DNA of 64,000 nucleotides from Adineta vaga (Eukaryota; Animalia; Rotifera): NCBI GenBank assembly GCA_021613535.1, contig CP075494.1, positions 3,906,001 to 3,970,000 of the forward strand, read 5' to 3'. Shown piece by piece: positions 61,675 to 64,000 of this stretch (position 1 is its first letter; each line of letters starts with the position of its first letter). The notes under the pieces were generated by a model. It saw only the letters and a program-made list of their open reading frames with translations, ran no database searches and was not told where the DNA came from. The position numbers and the translations under genes were made by a program.

Positions 61675-63668
61675 ATTTCAGTTGTTAATTAATGAATATG
61701 CTAACAACGATTGACGTCTCCTAAAAAAAAAAGTAGAATGTATACTGCCTATATTGCTATTCTCTTGAAGCAAGTCTTCGTTCGTTTCTTAGCGAGTGCG
61801 ATCATATGATTGGAGCCATAAGATCAGTTAATTAATTGTTTACAAGTGAAAAATCACGACAACCGATTTCGAATCAACTACCAGACTGAACGATCTATGT
61901 CACACTATTTTATAATATCACTCGACTATCATTCTTCATGAAAAGAATAAAGAATTATACGAAAAAATAAACATATAACGCCTTTGATCAATTATGTTAC
62001 ACGAGCGCTGTATTTTTTTACTCACTTTCGACTAATCTGATAATTCCAACAAATGTCTATAAATTGAACACTGATCGAAAATCTAATCGATAGAATAATA
62101 AAAATATTGTGCAATGAAAGTAATATGTAGTCAGTCGCTAAATATAGTTGTTTACGTATGACTCACAAGAAATACGTCATTTGAAGAAAGAAAAGATAAG
62201 AAAAATGTTTTGCTTTTTAACGACTCCATCCTTCTGTAAATATTTGTTGCATTGATTGTGTGATAGATTTTGTATATAGATTAACGAATTGCTAATAGTA
62301 TTCATCCTTCTCATGCTTTTTAAAGATTCAGCACACCATGTGTTAGTCTTCTCTAAAAATAGTCTTGATATTTATTGCGGAGTATTAAAGATTTGATATT
62401 ATTTCGTTTTAAGCGAACGTTCCTGGTTTATTTGGTAACTAATAAAACACGCATAAATCACACTCTGTACTTCAATCTGTGATAGAGAAAAAAACATATA
62501 CGCAATCACACAAAGAAGATAAATACACATATGTCACAAAATAAAGAGAAGAATATGATATCTTCGAAACAAAGAATCTGGGGAGAGTGATAAATGAAAG
62601 GCAAAGTCAATGAAAAGAATAGACCTATATTATTTAGAACATGAAGAGATAGTTGTCGTGTGTAACATGGAAAACAGCTATCACTTTGTCTGTGTGATGA
62701 CGATAAAAATCATCAACAAAAAGCTCGTTTTTTTTATACAATTCTAGTCTTTTTTAATTTACTCTACTTAAATTACTTCCATAAATTCATTCATTTGAGA
62801 AGAATGACGATAAGGAGCTAACATATATTTCATTTCACCTATTCGGATATCACTACTTATTGTTTTCGAGCAAATTATTTTGAACTTTTTAACTGCAACC
62901 GAAAATTAACTCTTTCAAGCAGGCAATGCTTATCATTCGGATTTGTTAACTCTTTTCATCTTGAGGTTTGGTATGCATGAAAGTGTGAGACAAAAGAGAA
63001 GATGAATCTATACACTGACATTCACCCTCAAGACAAAATGAACTTGAAAGTAGCTGAACCAATAGCATCATAGTAGCACCCATGAATAATGATTTACAGA
63101 AGAATTGGAAATTAAATAGTATCGCCACACAAATTGATAGTTCGATGAAAGTAAAAGTTTTCCGTTTTATCTACGTCGACCGATACAACTGAATACTACT
63201 GTCACAATCCCTGTGCGTCTTGAATCCACAAGCAAATAATACTTTTCTATTAGATAATGTTGATTCTGTATGCAATTTTCGTCCATTACCCAAGCTGTCT
63301 GTCGTTGTTTAAGAACCTATAGATAGATCAAACAATTTAGTACTGTTGATTAAGAAATTGACGAGATTGACTAAACGTGCAAATTTTCTTCTAAAAAAAA
63401 CTCGTGCTTACAATAAGAGAAATCAATAAAGTATTCGTAAATACATACGGATATACATACCTTGATATTCGTGATGTTTCTTAATGATGCTGAAATGAAC
63501 GCGAGAAATGTTGTCAATATTATGAGCACTATAGGATATTCAAATATTTTATATAACGTGTCGTTTCATATGTTTTTAGATAAATATAATTATTCAATTA
63601 AAATATAAAACATAAAAACGTAATATACAAAGAAGTCTTTCTAAAGCATATTTTAGATCAAACAGTAC

Positions 63669-64000
63669 CAGGCACGTAGCCAGAAATTTTTTTTTTGGGG
63701 GGAGGATTGACTATAGCGATAGTTTGAGAGCCGAAAAATGCTAAAAACATCGACATCTTTTTGAAAATCTTACGAAAAAATTCTAAAATATTCAAGACTA
63801 TTTAGAGAATTTTCAGAGATTTTCGAAAGATTTTTAAAAATTTATTGAAAAATGTTTACATTTTTAAGGATTTTTTTCGAAATTTTGTGAAAAAGGTGTT
63901 TTGGAAGGTTCCCAAAAACATTTCGACAACTCGAAGAATACCTCCAAACTTTAAAACAAAATATTATTTCACTTGGCAGAAAAAAAACTTTTGGTCTATG
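63669..64000. mobile_element. Possible MITE-like element end followed by degenerate AT-rich repeats
   Basis: CAGGCACGTAGCCAGAAATTTTTTTTTTGGGGGGAGG resembles termini of common invertebrate MITEs, with an abrupt switch to low-complexity sequence. The partner end is not in the window. Confidence 0.4.

Noticed and set aside
62946-63570. Hydrophobic exon-like fragments on the minus strand (possible membrane-protein pseudogene)
   Set aside because: No consistent reading frame or family could be built.

Overview
AT-rich eukaryotic DNA with short (about 50-70 nt) GT-AG introns. It is most consistent with a bdelloid rotifer (inference from F-box/LRR expansions, many bacterial/fungal-looking genes, and TGTGGG/TGAGGG telomere-type hexamers). 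About 24 genes or gene remnants are supported. These include a giant P-loop GTPase + SecA-like DEAD ATPase gene running off the left edge, a PDZ-PDZ-LRRC57 fusion, an FkbM-like methyltransferase, two GPCRs, several F-box/LRR genes, a histidine phosphatase, a bacterial-type papain protease, an Arf fusion, a Ly6 protein, a macro-WWE-PARP, an S9 peptidase, a beta-lactamase-family hydrolase and an internally deleted piggyBac element. Two signals stand out. (1) An intronless 1558-aa ORF fuses a bacterial dGTPase-type HD domain, an unknown domain, an FAD/NAD(P) oxidoreductase and a putative ADP-ribosyl-cyclase/NADase domain; it is a candidate nucleotide-depleting immune effector. (2) A dispersed family of short, often palindromic motifs built from telomeric hexamers (TTGAGGG(TGTGGG)n ... 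CCCTCAA) occurs in many intergenic spacers. All family assignments come from motif recognition by eye; no searches were run.
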